This document shows positions 17,590 to 27,983 of a DNA stretch of 64,000 nucleotides, piece by piece (the stretch's first letter is position 1; every line of letters begins with the position of its first letter). Source of the stretch: an uncultured bacterium. GTDB taxonomy: Bacteria > Verrucomicrobiota > Verrucomicrobiia > Verrucomicrobiales > DEV007. The notes below the pieces were generated by a model. The model made no database searches, was not told the origin of the DNA, and saw only the letters and a list, made by a program, of their open reading frames with translations. The position numbers and the translations under genes are program-made. The DNA is taken from NCBI GenBank assembly GCA_963977015.1, contig CAXBMO010000027.1:23733-87732 (forward strand), in the 5' to 3' direction.

Positions 17590-19011
17590 ATGAAAATCAT
17601 TGTTGTAGGCGCCGGTGAAGTTGGCCGCCATTTGGCTGAACATCTTTCCAGCGAAGCGCATGACACCACGATCGTGGAAATGAGCGACAAATTGGCTCAT
17701 GATCTGGCCTCGCTGGACGCCCGGATCATTCAGGGAAACGGATCGTCAGTCGATGTCCTGCTCGATGCCGGAGCCAATGAGTGTGACTTGTTTATGGCGT
17801 TGACCAGCAGTGCCGACGTGAATCTGGTCGCCTGCAGCGTGGCCAAGGAATTGGGCGCAAAGCGCACAATTTGCCGCGTTCATCCGGCGGCCCAGCGCGA
17901 GGAGTGGCTTTTTGACTATCGCAGCCATTTCGGAGTCGACCTGCTCTTCAGTACCGAACTTCTGGCGGCGATTCAGCTGGCCAAGTTCATCCGGAATCCG
18001 GAATCGATGTTTGTGGAGGAGATTGCGCGAGGTCATATCGAGCTGCAGCAGATCAAAATTTCGCGGGGAAGCGTGGCCGAGAACAAGCAATTGCTCGACT
18101 TGGGATTGCCGGATCGCGTTCGGGTCGGGGCGATCCAGCGCGGTGAAGAGATTGTGATTCCCACCGCTTACGAGCAGCTCGTTGCGGGGGATCTGGTGAT
18201 GTTGATTGGCGAGCCTCGCATTGTTCACGAAAGTGCCGGGAAGCTGGGAAAAGGGGTGAAGCACGAGTCTCTCCGCGTCGTGATTTTCGGGGGAGGGGAG
18301 TATGGGTTTTCGCTCGCGCAACTGCTCGAAAGCTGGGAATGCAAAGTCCGGATCATGGAGTCGGATCCCAAATTGTGCGAGGAGCTTACGGATCGACTGA
18401 AGGATACGACGATTCTCAATGTCGATGCGACCAAGTTGTCGGAGTTGCGTGAAGAACGCGTTGAAGCGGCGGACTTTTTTGTGGCAACCAGCGACAGCGA
18501 CGAGGACAACGTGATGGCTTGCCTCCAAGCCCGTCACCTGGGGGCCAAAGAATGTCTGACCCTGATTCACCGGGCCGACTACGCGGAAGCGATCAGTTCA
18601 TTTGGAGTTGGGGTCGGGGTCAAGCATGCGGTTAGCCCGCGAGAGGCGACTCGAATCGAGCTGATGCGCTACGTCACTTCGGACATCGGTCATACGATTC
18701 TGGATATCGCGGATGCCGAGATCATCGAAGCCATGATTAAAGAGGAATGCGTGGTGGCTGGTCAGAAAGTCAGCGATGTGGACTGGCCAGGCGGAAGCAT
18801 TTTGATCGGTTTGCTGCATGGCGCCAACGCCTCAATGCCTGCCGCCGGTGACGTGATTGAAGGGGGCGACACGATTTATGCGTTGGTTTCCAAACAAGCG
18901 AAAAAGCGCTTCTTCAAGTTGCTGCGCCGCAAGAGCAAGGTTGTTCCGGGAAACGGGAAGGACGCTTCAGAGAAGGCTGATGCCGCTTCCAAAGAGGCTT
19001 CAACCGGTTGA
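17590..19011 (+). CDS. trkA: Trk system potassium uptake regulatory subunit
   Basis: Two RCK_N/RCK_C pairs with GAGEVG and GGGEYG nucleotide-binding motifs. Confidence 0.92.
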   Translation: MKIIVVGAGEVGRHLAEHLSSEAHDTTIVEMSDKLAHDLASLDARIIQGNGSSVDVLLDAGANECDLFMALTSSADVNLVACSVAKELGAKRTICRVHPAAQREEWLFDYRSHFGVDLLFSTELLAAIQLAKFIRNPESMFVEEIARGHIELQQIKISRGSVAENKQLLDLGLPDRVRVGAIQRGEEIVIPTAYEQLVAGDLVMLIGEPRIVHESAGKLGKGVKHESLRVVIFGGGEYGFSLAQLLESWECKVRIMESDPKLCEELTDRLKDTTILNVDATKLSELREERVEAADFFVATSDSDEDNVMACLQARHLGAKECLTLIHRADYAEAISSFGVGVGVKHAVSPREATRIELMRYVTSDIGHTILDIADAEIIEAMIKEECVVAGQKVSDVDWPGGSILIGLLHGANASMPAAGDVIEGGDTIYALVSKQAKKRFFKLLRRKSKVVPGNGKDASEKADAASKEASTG

Positions 19012-19067
19012 TGCTTCCGGAAAATCTCTCTTGATGGTTTTGCTGGGTTCCGTCACGTTCCGGGAGC

Positions 19068-19853
19068 ATGGAAAGCTCCCCCCAATCGGTTCCTCCAGAA
19101 TTTGCTCCTCCAACCAGTGAGCCGCCGCAGCTTTGGGGGCCGTTGGGAACCCTGGGGATTGGTCTTGTCATCTGCCTGGTGTGGTTTATTGCCCAAACCG
19201 CCATCGCGATTGTCATGGTCAGTTTGAACTTTCTGGTGGATCGGGATGCGGCCGATACCCTGCAGTACGATGGCGATTTATTGGGGGTGGCGACGGTGGG
19301 AGCTGGGGTTGCCGCCATCATCGCAATGTTCTTCTTTGTTTGGATCCGCAAGGTTCCGTGGGCGGACTACCTTGACTTGCGATGGCCGTGGCGTTGGTGG
19401 CTTCAATTGCCATTTTGGTTGGCAATCACCTATGGCTTGGGATTTCTCTTCGGTCATCTGGCTCCGATGTTTAATCGGGAAGAGATTCCGGAATTCATGC
19501 AGAAAGCGTTTCTGTCGACCGACTACATGATCATTCTTTGGTTGGGTGTTGCGGTAATGGCGCCCCTTTTTGAAGAGTTTTTCTTTCGTGGCTTCCTTTA
19601 TGCCGGTTGGCGAAATTCAGTTTTGGGCTGGACCGGGACGGCGGTCATCACTTCGCTTCTCTGGGCCCTCATCCATGTTCAGTACGGCTGGTTTGAGATC
19701 AGTTGCATCTTCGTCCTGGGGCTCGTTTTTGCGGTAGCCCGCGAAGTTACCGGCTCCCTTTGGATTCCGGTTGCCATGCATGCCTTGAACAATGCGGTCG
19801 CCATTTATGCGACCGAGGTGGAGATGGCGAAGCTGGCCTTGAATGCACCCTAA
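19068..19853 (+). CDS. CPBP family intramembrane metalloprotease (CAAX protease-like)
   Basis: APLFEEFFFRG, WALIH, HALNN and multiple TMs. Confidence 0.9.
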   Translation: MESSPQSVPPEFAPPTSEPPQLWGPLGTLGIGLVICLVWFIAQTAIAIVMVSLNFLVDRDAADTLQYDGDLLGVATVGAGVAAIIAMFFFVWIRKVPWADYLDLRWPWRWWLQLPFWLAITYGLGFLFGHLAPMFNREEIPEFMQKAFLSTDYMIILWLGVAVMAPLFEEFFFRGFLYAGWRNSVLGWTGTAVITSLLWALIHVQYGWFEISCIFVLGLVFAVAREVTGSLWIPVAMHALNNAVAIYATEVEMAKLALNAP

Positions 19854-20680
19854 TTTTTGAACTCCGGGAAGAACGGATTGTTCCGCTTTTCCTCTCGAAC
19901 GCTGGTGAACGGGCCGTGTCCGGGACAAAGCACCGTATCGTCAGGCAGCGAGAGAATTTTTTCCCGGTTGGTTTGGAGAGCGTCCTGATACGAGATGATT
20001 CCGCCGCCCATGGAACCGGCAAACATGGCATCGCCGACCACTGCGACCGGGCGTTCCAGCCCTTCAATGACATAGGTGGTTCCCCCGTGAGAGTGTCCCC
20101 AGGTCGTGGCTGTTCTCATGCTGAGATTTCCGATTTCGAAAGTATCTCCTTCCTCAAATGAGATTCCGCCTTTCCAAGGCTCCTTGGCGTTTGCGTGGAC
20201 GGGGATTCCCAGACGTCCCGAAATCGTGTCGGCTTCCGCGATGTGATCGGGATGGGTATGAGTCAAAAAGAGGCCGGTCGCCTTTAAGTCGTGAGTTTTG
20301 AGGAAGTCGAGCAGCGGGAACGCGTCGGTCCCGGTATCAAAGATCGCCGCTTGGCGGGACTGAGGATCCCAAACGACAAAGGCGTTGACCGTCATTCCGC
20401 TGTGATATCGGGAATTGAACAACTCGAGACCGTCCAACTTTACGGGTCTCGGATACCACAACTTCATCGCTGAACGGAGCAGTGCGTTGCTGTCCAATTC
20501 GAGGGCCGGGGCCAGTTTCGGCAGTGACGTCTCGTCGAGTTCGCCCCTTGCCAGGGATTTGATTGTCTCTGCGGAGACGCCGGTTCTCTTGCTCAATTCC
20601 CGATCCGTCAGCCTCAGACCGTTCATCGCCTTGGTGATGATGTCGTTGAAATCGTCTTCGATCGCAATTTTGCTGGTCAT
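19850..20680 (-). CDS. MBL-fold metallo-hydrolase with N-terminal HTH-like extension
   Basis: THTHPDH, GHSHG, VGDAMF and PGHG motifs; the first ~65 aa resemble an XRE-type HTH. Confidence 0.88.
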   Translation of the reverse strand: MTSKIAIEDDFNDIITKAMNGLRLTDRELSKRTGVSAETIKSLARGELDETSLPKLAPALELDSNALLRSAMKLWYPRPVKLDGLELFNSRYHSGMTVNAFVVWDPQSRQAAIFDTGTDAFPLLDFLKTHDLKATGLFLTHTHPDHIAEADTISGRLGIPVHANAKEPWKGGISFEEGDTFEIGNLSMRTATTWGHSHGGTTYVIEGLERPVAVVGDAMFAGSMGGGIISYQDALQTNREKILSLPDDTVLCPGHGPFTSVREEKRNNPFFPEFKN

Positions 20681-20725
20681 ATTGACCTAACAGTGCCCGA
20701 AACGCCGGGTGAAGTCATCCAGTTT

Positions 20726-20923
20726 TCAGTTCGAGACGCTCCGGATCCCAAGCGGGATTTCCGTAATCTTGGCGCTTCTGGCCTCAAACGTGTGGCTCGA
20801 CTCGCGGGAATCGGCAATGGCCCGGCGTTGCATATGGTCCATCCCAAAAAGGAAAACGGCTACGCCCGAGTAAAAGATGACTCGGCTGATAATGCGTTGG
20901 CGAAGAGGAGGTCGAAACAGCAC
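20726..20923 (-). CDS. Possible small single-TM protein
   Basis: 65-aa ORF with one hydrophobic stretch (VIFYSGVAVFLFGM), filling a gap co-directional with its neighbours; GTG start. Confidence 0.3.
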   Translation of the reverse strand: MLFRPPLRQRIISRVIFYSGVAVFLFGMDHMQRRAIADSRESSHTFEARSAKITEIPLGIRSVSN

Positions 20924-21052
20924 GACGGAAATGGAGCGAGAATTATCATTTGTGCCACTAAAATTTTAGAAAATCCTCAGAGTTATTAGTTAAGAGTGCC
21001 GAATTAGTGGATTGCTCAGAAATCAGCGCGCAGATGTTTCTGTGACGGTGGA

Positions 21053-21478
21053 CTAGGCTTCATCGGAAGGCGGTAGCTCCAATTCCGGTTGATTGGCGCG
21101 CGATCGCATCCAATTGATCGAGTTGAGGATCGATTTGCGTTGGACGAACCACAATTCAAGATCCCTCTTTCCGGGGAAATTCATCAGAACCAGCCCCATC
21201 AACATGGTGAGGAGTCCCTGGCCGGGGGTAATCAGCATGATAACGCCCATTAACAGCAGGATCAGGCCAGCCGCGTTCTTGGCGATCAAGGTGCTCCAAC
21301 GGAGAATCGGGTGGCGCGCAGCCCACGATGTTTCGTGCTTTCGGTCTGGAATGAAGTAATCGGGCGACATCCGGACGACGATGATTGGAATGATGATCAG
21401 CGTCAGGAAAAAGGTCAGCGCGGAAATCGAACCAACCCAGACCTTCACGCTAGTTGGAATGGAATCCCAAGTGCTCAT
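21053..21478 (-). CDS. PGPGW-domain transmembrane protein
   Basis: GVIMLITPGQGLLTMLMGL..FPGK motif and three hydrophobic segments. Confidence 0.8.
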   Translation of the reverse strand: MSTWDSIPTSVKVWVGSISALTFFLTLIIIPIIVVRMSPDYFIPDRKHETSWAARHPILRWSTLIAKNAAGLILLLMGVIMLITPGQGLLTMLMGLVLMNFPGKRDLELWFVQRKSILNSINWMRSRANQPELELPPSDEA

Positions 21479-21590
21479 GAATTTGCAAAACCTTAGAGAG
21501 GAATGGAAAGCTCGCAATTACAGGGAAATTCCAAATTTAGAGTCGCAAATTTTACTTCGCTAGCGGCCAGAGTCGTGATATGGCTAACGC

Positions 21591-22025
21591 ATGCTGAAAT
21601 TCCAGATTCTCCCCGCAATTTTGCTTTCGGTTTTTCTCACCAGTTGTGTGTCGGTCTCCGTTGATCGAGGCAAGAAAAAGTCATCTCCGGCTCCAACGCA
21701 AGGTGAGGCAATCGCCCAACCTTTGGGGGCTCCGGCTCCGTCGCGCCAGAAAACGCTCGTTGAGCACGAAATCGTTTCGGGGGATTCCCTCTGGAAGATT
21801 GCTCGACAATACGAGACCAGCGTCGCTGAAATTAAGGAAGCCAACCAACTCGACAGTGACGTCATCATCGCTGGTCAAACCTTGAAGGTGCCAACGTTTC
21901 AGGTTCCCGAAGGGCAGGCCACCAATGAATTGGGAATTTTCGAAAGCGGCAGCCAGCCCGCGCCGACCACGTCAACCGCGCCACCACCACCACCGGTCAT
22001 TATTCCTCCGATTACTTCTTCGTAA
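21591..22025 (+). CDS. LysM-domain lipoprotein
   Basis: Lipobox LTSC; LysM HEIVSGDSLWKIARQYETSVAEIKEANQL..IIAGQTLKVP. Confidence 0.9.
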   Translation: MLKFQILPAILLSVFLTSCVSVSVDRGKKKSSPAPTQGEAIAQPLGAPAPSRQKTLVEHEIVSGDSLWKIARQYETSVAEIKEANQLDSDVIIAGQTLKVPTFQVPEGQATNELGIFESGSQPAPTTSTAPPPPPVIIPPITSS

Positions 22026-24564
22026 GTCGAACCCCTTCAATGTCCGCGATTCGGGGCTGAAGGACCCGCCCGGCCCTCAGGAAAATCATCTGGGGACCGG
22101 TGTTTTTCGCATCAATCGTGATCTCTGATTTCGGTCCGAACTTAATCGCTTTGAAGTCATCCCAGCTGTTGGTGCGCTGAGTTTCGCCCGAAAGTTGCGT
22201 GCCGGCGCAGATCAACTCGATTTTGCTTCCGGCCCTATCTTCACAGGCCTGCAGAACTTCAACGGTATAGGTTCCTGGTGCCGCGATTTTGACGGTCCAT
22301 TGAATCCAAGTGTTTGGTGAGGTCCAGTTTTCGAAGTTTCCGGTCACAGGGTTGATGTATCCTCCGTTGGACTCGCCTCTGAGTTCACCCGCCGTTGCCG
22401 TGAGCAGTTTTCCCGATTCGAGGGTTCGCATCTCGGTAATCGACTTCTGGAGTTGAGCCAAAAGACGCTGTTGCAGCGATTCCATTCCCGCGAGCTTCGT
22501 CGTTTTGAGAAAGTTGATGGTCTGCGGAAGAGGTCGATCCACCATGACGCTGAAAACGCGTTGTCGATCAGAACCCGAGGCGGCGTCCAGGGCTCGTTTC
22601 CAGCCATTGACGTCCACGGGCTCTTTGTCCGGGAGGCCGAGCATCCGGATGTAAGCCCTCATGGCCGCAGTTTTCAGCGCGGCGTTGTCCGCGCCATCCA
22701 TGATTTCAATGAGAAGCCCGCTGGCGCTCCTGACAGGCCAATTGTTCAAGGCCAAAATGGCATCGCCTTTATAGGTCGCGTCTTCCTCCTTGAAAATTCT
22801 TTGCAGTCTGGCCTCGGCAGCCTTGCCTCCCAGTGAGCCCACGATCCGGCAAAGTGACTTCCGGTGGTCACCCGAGCTGCTGTTCATCGCCGTCAAGATG
22901 GGAGATGAACGTTTCTCCACATCCGGATCCTTGAGCAAAATCGTGATGGCGGCATCTTCTAAAAGTTGTCGATCCGCCGTTGCGATTTTCGGCTTCTTCA
23001 ACGCGGTCAGCAAATCATTGAGATGATCGTCCTGAGCGATGATTCGGATGGTTTTAGCCGCCAGATTTCTTTCTTTTGGGTCGGTTGACGCGCTGAAGAC
23101 TTTCAGAACGTCGCTAAACGCCTCGGGCATGTTGCGACTGGCGACGGTGTCCATGATGTACATCCGGACACGTCCTGGAGTGGCTTCCTTCAGCTCCTGC
23201 AAAATGGCTTCATAAACGCCCGGCCCTTCCAATTCCTTCAGCACCCGCAGTGCTCTCGGGTCAGACTTCTCCGGGTTCAGAAATTCTACGACCAAGCCCA
23301 CATCCTCAGCGGTTCCTTTTCCTGTATCAGCCAAATTGGCCATGCGTTTGGCCTTGTCGGCTTCAGACAATTTGCCGAGAAGGAAGAATGCGCCCAGAAC
23401 AATGATGAACGTCAGGCTGATGAGCGATCCGATTAAAACTCCACGACGCTTTTTGCGAGCTTCTTCCTGGTAGCGCAACTCAACCGTCGCGGAATGGGAA
23501 CTGATGGGGCCGGTTGATGACGTCGATGTCGTGACTCCTCCAGTCCGATGGGGACCTGTTTGTGGACCTGTTGACCGTTTTGCCGTGGGCTGTGGCCCGG
23601 TCTTCATCGTTCGTGGACTGCCGCCAATCTGTAGCTGGCCCGTCGCCGGGTTGACGCCTTGATTGGGCTCTTCCGGAACGAGAATTGCCTCGGCGACTTC
23701 TTCCTCGGGAGCAACGTAAACGGGACCGCTTGAAGTTGCCGCAACCGGCGGGAATCGCTCCAAGGCCTCTCGGGCGTCGGCAGGACGCCGTTTCATGTCG
23801 CGATTGATGAGCCACATGACCCATTGGCAAACGTCATCGGGGAGATCGGGGCGCGCTTCCTTCAGGGGCTTCACCTTGTGTTGCAAGTGAGCGGCCATCA
23901 CCTGGGGCGCTGATTCCCCATCAAACGGATATTTTCCGGTAAGGCTGAAGTAGTAGATGGCACCCATCGCGTAGAGATCGGTCCGGAAATCGAGCTTCAG
24001 TCGCTCGAACTGCTCGGGGGCCATGAAATAGATTGAGCCGAGAATGGCATCACCCTGGTCAATGGTCTGAACGGAGGGCGCGTCGCTGATTTTCGCCAAA
24101 CCAAAATCGAGGACCTTGATCTGGAATTTGCCGCTGGCCCGCCAAATCACCATGATGTTGCCGGGTTTGAGATCCCGGTGCAGCATATTCACCGCCTGTG
24201 CTGCGATGAGTGCTTCCAAGGTCTGGTTCACCACCTCGGAGAAGTCGTTTAACGTCAACAACCCTCGCCCGACGGTCTCGTCGAGAGTTTCTCCGTCGAG
24301 GAGTTCCATGACCACAAATCCGCCGGATTCGTCCTGACCGATGTCGAAAACCGTGACGATGTTTGGGTGATTGAGAGACGACATGACCGTCGCCTCTTTC
24401 ATCAGCTTCTGCGCCGCCTCCTCAACGTCATCCTTGTTTGCTTGCTCTGGCGTGAGGATACGCTTGAGCGCAACTTCACGCTTAAGCTGTGTATCGAAAG
24501 CCCGATATACGGCCCCTAAGCCACCTTGGCCGATTTTTTCCTGGATTTGATAACGGTCACTCAT
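22012..24564 (-). CDS. Hanks-type Ser/Thr protein kinase with TM helix, extracytoplasmic HEAT-like repeats and a C-terminal CBM-like beta domain
   Basis: IGQGGLGAVY, VALK, HRDLKPGN, DFG, APE; TM GVLIGSLISLTFIIVLGAFFLL; C-terminal NWTSPNTWIQWTVKIAAPGTYTVEV. Confidence 0.9.
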   Translation of the reverse strand: MSDRYQIQEKIGQGGLGAVYRAFDTQLKREVALKRILTPEQANKDDVEEAAQKLMKEATVMSSLNHPNIVTVFDIGQDESGGFVVMELLDGETLDETVGRGLLTLNDFSEVVNQTLEALIAAQAVNMLHRDLKPGNIMVIWRASGKFQIKVLDFGLAKISDAPSVQTIDQGDAILGSIYFMAPEQFERLKLDFRTDLYAMGAIYYFSLTGKYPFDGESAPQVMAAHLQHKVKPLKEARPDLPDDVCQWVMWLINRDMKRRPADAREALERFPPVAATSSGPVYVAPEEEVAEAILVPEEPNQGVNPATGQLQIGGSPRTMKTGPQPTAKRSTGPQTGPHRTGGVTTSTSSTGPISSHSATVELRYQEEARKKRRGVLIGSLISLTFIIVLGAFFLLGKLSEADKAKRMANLADTGKGTAEDVGLVVEFLNPEKSDPRALRVLKELEGPGVYEAILQELKEATPGRVRMYIMDTVASRNMPEAFSDVLKVFSASTDPKERNLAAKTIRIIAQDDHLNDLLTALKKPKIATADRQLLEDAAITILLKDPDVEKRSSPILTAMNSSSGDHRKSLCRIVGSLGGKAAEARLQRIFKEEDATYKGDAILALNNWPVRSASGLLIEIMDGADNAALKTAAMRAYIRMLGLPDKEPVDVNGWKRALDAASGSDRQRVFSVMVDRPLPQTINFLKTTKLAGMESLQQRLLAQLQKSITEMRTLESGKLLTATAGELRGESNGGYINPVTGNFENWTSPNTWIQWTVKIAAPGTYTVEVLQACEDRAGSKIELICAGTQLSGETQRTNSWDDFKAIKFGPKSEITIDAKNTGPQMIFLRAGRVLQPRIADIEGVRLTKK

Positions 24565-24781
24565 AACCGGTTGAGTCCTGGTTTCTCACGCAACGGCCCG
24601 TGACATGGGTAATCGGAGGGCAAGTAAAACCGAAGGCTCGGGAATGGTAGTATCTCCTTAAAGCAAATCCAGAGGCAATCATCAATTAGCGATTTTTCGT
24701 TTTTCGGTAATCTTTGGTTTTTCTTTCGCGAATCACGACTGGACGGCAGTAGGAATTACCCTTTATCAGTCGCCTTTAGCC

Positions 24782-26020
24782 ATGGAAATCTTCGAACTGA
24801 TCGCGCTCCTTTTGAGTATCACCGCTGTGTTTGGGTATCTTAACGCACGGGTTAACCGGCTGCCGACCACCATTGGGGTGATGCTGTTCGCTCTCATTTT
24901 CTCGTTGGTTTTGATCCTGTTGGGCTCCGTCTTTCCCGGGATTCGCGACTCTGCGACAGACATCATCTCGCAGGTGGATTTCAATGAGGCGCTGATGCAG
25001 ACGATGCTTTGTTTTTTGCTGTTTGCGGGCGCGCTCCACGTCAATCTCGATGATCTCAGGCAACAACGCCGTGTCATTGGGATTATGGCTTCCGTTGGTG
25101 TCGTCCTTTCCACCGCAATAATCGGAACGGGTGCCTGGCTTCTTCTCGGCGCGTTTGGAATGGAGGTTCGCTACATTGAATGCCTGCTCTTCGGGGCGCT
25201 GATTTCGCCAACGGATCCGGTCGCTGTTTTGGGGATCCTGAAAACGGTGGGCGTTAAAAAGTCGCTGGAAACCAAAATCACCGGCGAATCCCTGTTCAAT
25301 GATGGAATCGGAGTTGTGGTGTTCCTGGCCATTCTCGGGATTGCGACCAGTTCGGATGGCCATGTCTCGGCCGGCCATATCGGCCATATCCTCTTGGTCG
25401 AAGTTGGGGGAGGCGTCATTTTTGGCCTGATCCTCGGGTGGCTTGGTTATCAAATGCTCCGGCAGATTGAAAACTACCAGATCGAGGTCTTGATTACTCT
25501 TGCCATCGTCGCCGGTGGCTATGCATTGGCCATGAAATTGCACACCTCCGGGCCGTTGGCGGTTGTCGTCGCCGGATTGATGATTGGCAATCAGGGGCGA
25601 ACACTTGCCATGTCGGAACACACGCGGGAGCATCTCGACCAGTTTTGGGAACTCATCGATGAAATCCTCAATGCAGTTCTCTTCGTGCTGATCGGGTTGG
25701 AAGTGTTGATTCTCGCCCTCAATGGGAATGCGCTTCTCTTGGGAGTGCTTGCCATTCCGCTCGTGATTGGTGCGCGATTCGTGGCGGTTTGTTCCACGGT
25801 AGGGATGCTTGCGAAGTTTCGTCCCTTCAGCAAAGGAGCAATTCCCATTATGACGTGGGGAGGATTGCGTGGCGGCATTTCGGTTGCGCTCGCTCTCGCT
25901 CTCCCGGCGCAACTGATTGAGTCTCGCGATGTGTTTTTGACGATGACTTACGTGGTCGTCATTTTCAGCATCGCAGTTCAGGGGCTCACCTTGAGCAAGG
26001 TCATATCGAAATACGCCTAG
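24782..26020 (+). CDS. CPA1-family Na+/H+ antiporter (NhaP-like)
   Basis: FGALISPTDPVAV, GESLFNDG and WGGLRGGISVALAL. Confidence 0.93.
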   Translation: MEIFELIALLLSITAVFGYLNARVNRLPTTIGVMLFALIFSLVLILLGSVFPGIRDSATDIISQVDFNEALMQTMLCFLLFAGALHVNLDDLRQQRRVIGIMASVGVVLSTAIIGTGAWLLLGAFGMEVRYIECLLFGALISPTDPVAVLGILKTVGVKKSLETKITGESLFNDGIGVVVFLAILGIATSSDGHVSAGHIGHILLVEVGGGVIFGLILGWLGYQMLRQIENYQIEVLITLAIVAGGYALAMKLHTSGPLAVVVAGLMIGNQGRTLAMSEHTREHLDQFWELIDEILNAVLFVLIGLEVLILALNGNALLLGVLAIPLVIGARFVAVCSTVGMLAKFRPFSKGAIPIMTWGGLRGGISVALALALPAQLIESRDVFLTMTYVVVIFSIAVQGLTLSKVISKYA

Positions 26021-26199
26021 AAACGGCTCGAAATACGCCTGGCAGCGCTCGGGCAGCCTGCTGGCTCCGTTGGTGGTTCTGTGGTCGAACTTGGGAGATT
26101 CTTCTTCGTGCTTCGTCTTGTTTAGAAGTGCAGATATTTAATATTAATTGACTATTATGATTTCTATGGCATTTTATGGGAAATCGAACACGAAAGTTG

Positions 26200-27102
26200 A
26201 TGAAATCCATCCTACAAATAACCCTCCTCAGTCTGGTTGCTGGTTCCATTGCGACCGCCGGCGACGATCTGCACCTCGCCTCCTATGATTCCGATTCTCT
26301 GGAATCCGTCATGGCGCCTTCCTCCTTGGGAAAAGCCGTTATCGAAAGTAATTACCAGAAGTCTCGCAATCTGTTTCTTGAGGCTACCGGTGGCTGGGTC
26401 TTTGCAGTTGGCGATGGTGAGCTAACCAGCTCTGTCAACAAGGCACTCGATAAGTCCGCTTTTGGTGGGAAAGGATATAAGTCATCAGCCGATATTCACG
26501 GCCGCTCGATTGATGATATCTATGACACCGGCAATTCTTTCAGCCTTCGCCTTGGTTTAAACCTTGGGAGCACGTTCTCTACAACCGGCAAGAATCCCAT
26601 CTACAGTGAAAAGAACAATGGTCGCGTCTTTGTGCGGGTATCCCGCACGGAATTTGACGGTGGTCTCACCTCACTTGGGTATATTGACGATTGCACGCTC
26701 ACCGGTGATTTTCACGACTATCAGGACTGGGGAATTGCCCTTGGCTATGAGCGCGACTTTGGTCAAGGCCGCCTTCGTCCGTTTGTCGGGTTTGAAGCTG
26801 GAATCAAGTTTGTCGATGATATTGACGTAAACTTCATTGCTGAGAAAGGGCATCACGGTAGCACCTACAATGATGTAACCCTCTATGATGATTCCGTTGC
26901 CCTTGGTTTGCTCTTCTCTTTCGGAATCGATTTCGATGTTACCCAGAGCTTCACGGTGGGAATCGAAAGTGGTATCGGTTATCAGACCGGGCTTGATGAG
27001 GACGATTCCGATCTTGCCGAGTTTGAGATGGAAGAACTGAATGATGCGGAAGGAAACTTCTGGTCCGTCCCAGTTCTCATCACCGGTCGAATCAATTTCT
27101 AA
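26200..27102 (+). CDS. Outer-membrane beta-barrel protein (putative)
   Basis: Signal peptide, amphipathic beta strands (RLRPFVGFEAGIKF, FSFGIDFDV) and a C-terminal Phe (GRINF). Confidence 0.65.
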   Translation: MKSILQITLLSLVAGSIATAGDDLHLASYDSDSLESVMAPSSLGKAVIESNYQKSRNLFLEATGGWVFAVGDGELTSSVNKALDKSAFGGKGYKSSADIHGRSIDDIYDTGNSFSLRLGLNLGSTFSTTGKNPIYSEKNNGRVFVRVSRTEFDGGLTSLGYIDDCTLTGDFHDYQDWGIALGYERDFGQGRLRPFVGFEAGIKFVDDIDVNFIAEKGHHGSTYNDVTLYDDSVALGLLFSFGIDFDVTQSFTVGIESGIGYQTGLDEDDSDLAEFEMEELNDAEGNFWSVPVLITGRINF

Positions 27103-27147
27103 ATTCGTTGGTTAAATTAGTGTGTTTGTTTAATTAAGTTCATTCCT

Positions 27148-27186
27148 AAATCGTCGCTCTTGGGTGGGACCAAGGGCGACGATTTT
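27148..27186. terminator. Probable bidirectional intrinsic terminator
   Basis: AAATCGTCGCTCTTGG-gtggga-CCAAGGGCGACGATTTT hairpin between two convergent genes. Confidence 0.7.
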
Positions 27187-27268
27187 ATGTACGGACATCA
27201 AGGCCCGCGACCTCTGGCGATGAGGTGGCTTTCGAAGTGGAACGGACCGGCGATCGCCGATTGCTCGA

Positions 27269-27919
27269 TTACGAGATTTTGTCGGCCACTTTCCTCGCGT
27301 GCTCTGCCCGGCGCGAAATCTCGTCCCAATTTTGCTCTGCGATCAGATCTTTCGGGGCGAGCCATGAACCTCCGACCGCCGTGACGAGTGGGGAAGAGAG
27401 ATATTCTTGCAGGTTGTCAGGATTCACGCCGCCGAGCGGGATAAACCCCATTCCCAGGTGTTGATACGGTGCCGCAATGTTGTGGAGGTGCTTGAGACCT
27501 CCGGCTGATTCGGCTGGGAAAAATTTCAGGAGCCGGCATCCGAGCGTGATGCTCTGGTCGATGTCGGTCGGAGTCATGACGCCAGTCGTAAACGGCAACC
27601 CGTTGTGCTTGGCATGCATCACCACTTCAGCATTGACGCCGGGCGCAACCCCAAAATGGGCCCCTGTATCTTTCACCTGTCCGACTTGCCGGGGATTGAT
27701 GATGGTTCCGACACCGGCCAGGATCTGGGGAACTTCGTGTCGAATGCGATAAAGCGCAGCAAGGGCAGCGTCCGTCCTCAGCGTCAATTCGATCGCGTCC
27801 ACGCCTCCGTTGAGCAGCGCTCGCACGGTAGGGACGGCATCCTCCTCACGCTCTATCATCAGTACGGCGATGATGCCGCTCTTGGCAATCCGTTTGCCTA
27901 TGTCAGATTCGGGAGTCAT
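27269..27919 (-). CDS. eda: KDPG/KHG aldolase
   Basis: [34 protein letters not shown] and VGGSW. Confidence 0.93.
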   Translation of the reverse strand: MTPESDIGKRIAKSGIIAVLMIEREEDAVPTVRALLNGGVDAIELTLRTDAALAALYRIRHEVPQILAGVGTIINPRQVGQVKDTGAHFGVAPGVNAEVVMHAKHNGLPFTTGVMTPTDIDQSITLGCRLLKFFPAESAGGLKHLHNIAAPYQHLGMGFIPLGGVNPDNLQEYLSSPLVTAVGGSWLAPKDLIAEQNWDEISRRAEHARKVADKIS

Positions 27920-27983
27920 GCGCGAAATTACGTTCGCAGAAACAAATTGCAACGTCGTGCACGGACGCTTTCGTTGTCTGGAA

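Noticed and set aside
19068-19853. Abortive-infection defence gene (Abi label of the CPBP family)
   Set aside because: CPBP proteases are widespread membrane proteases, and there is no defence context here.
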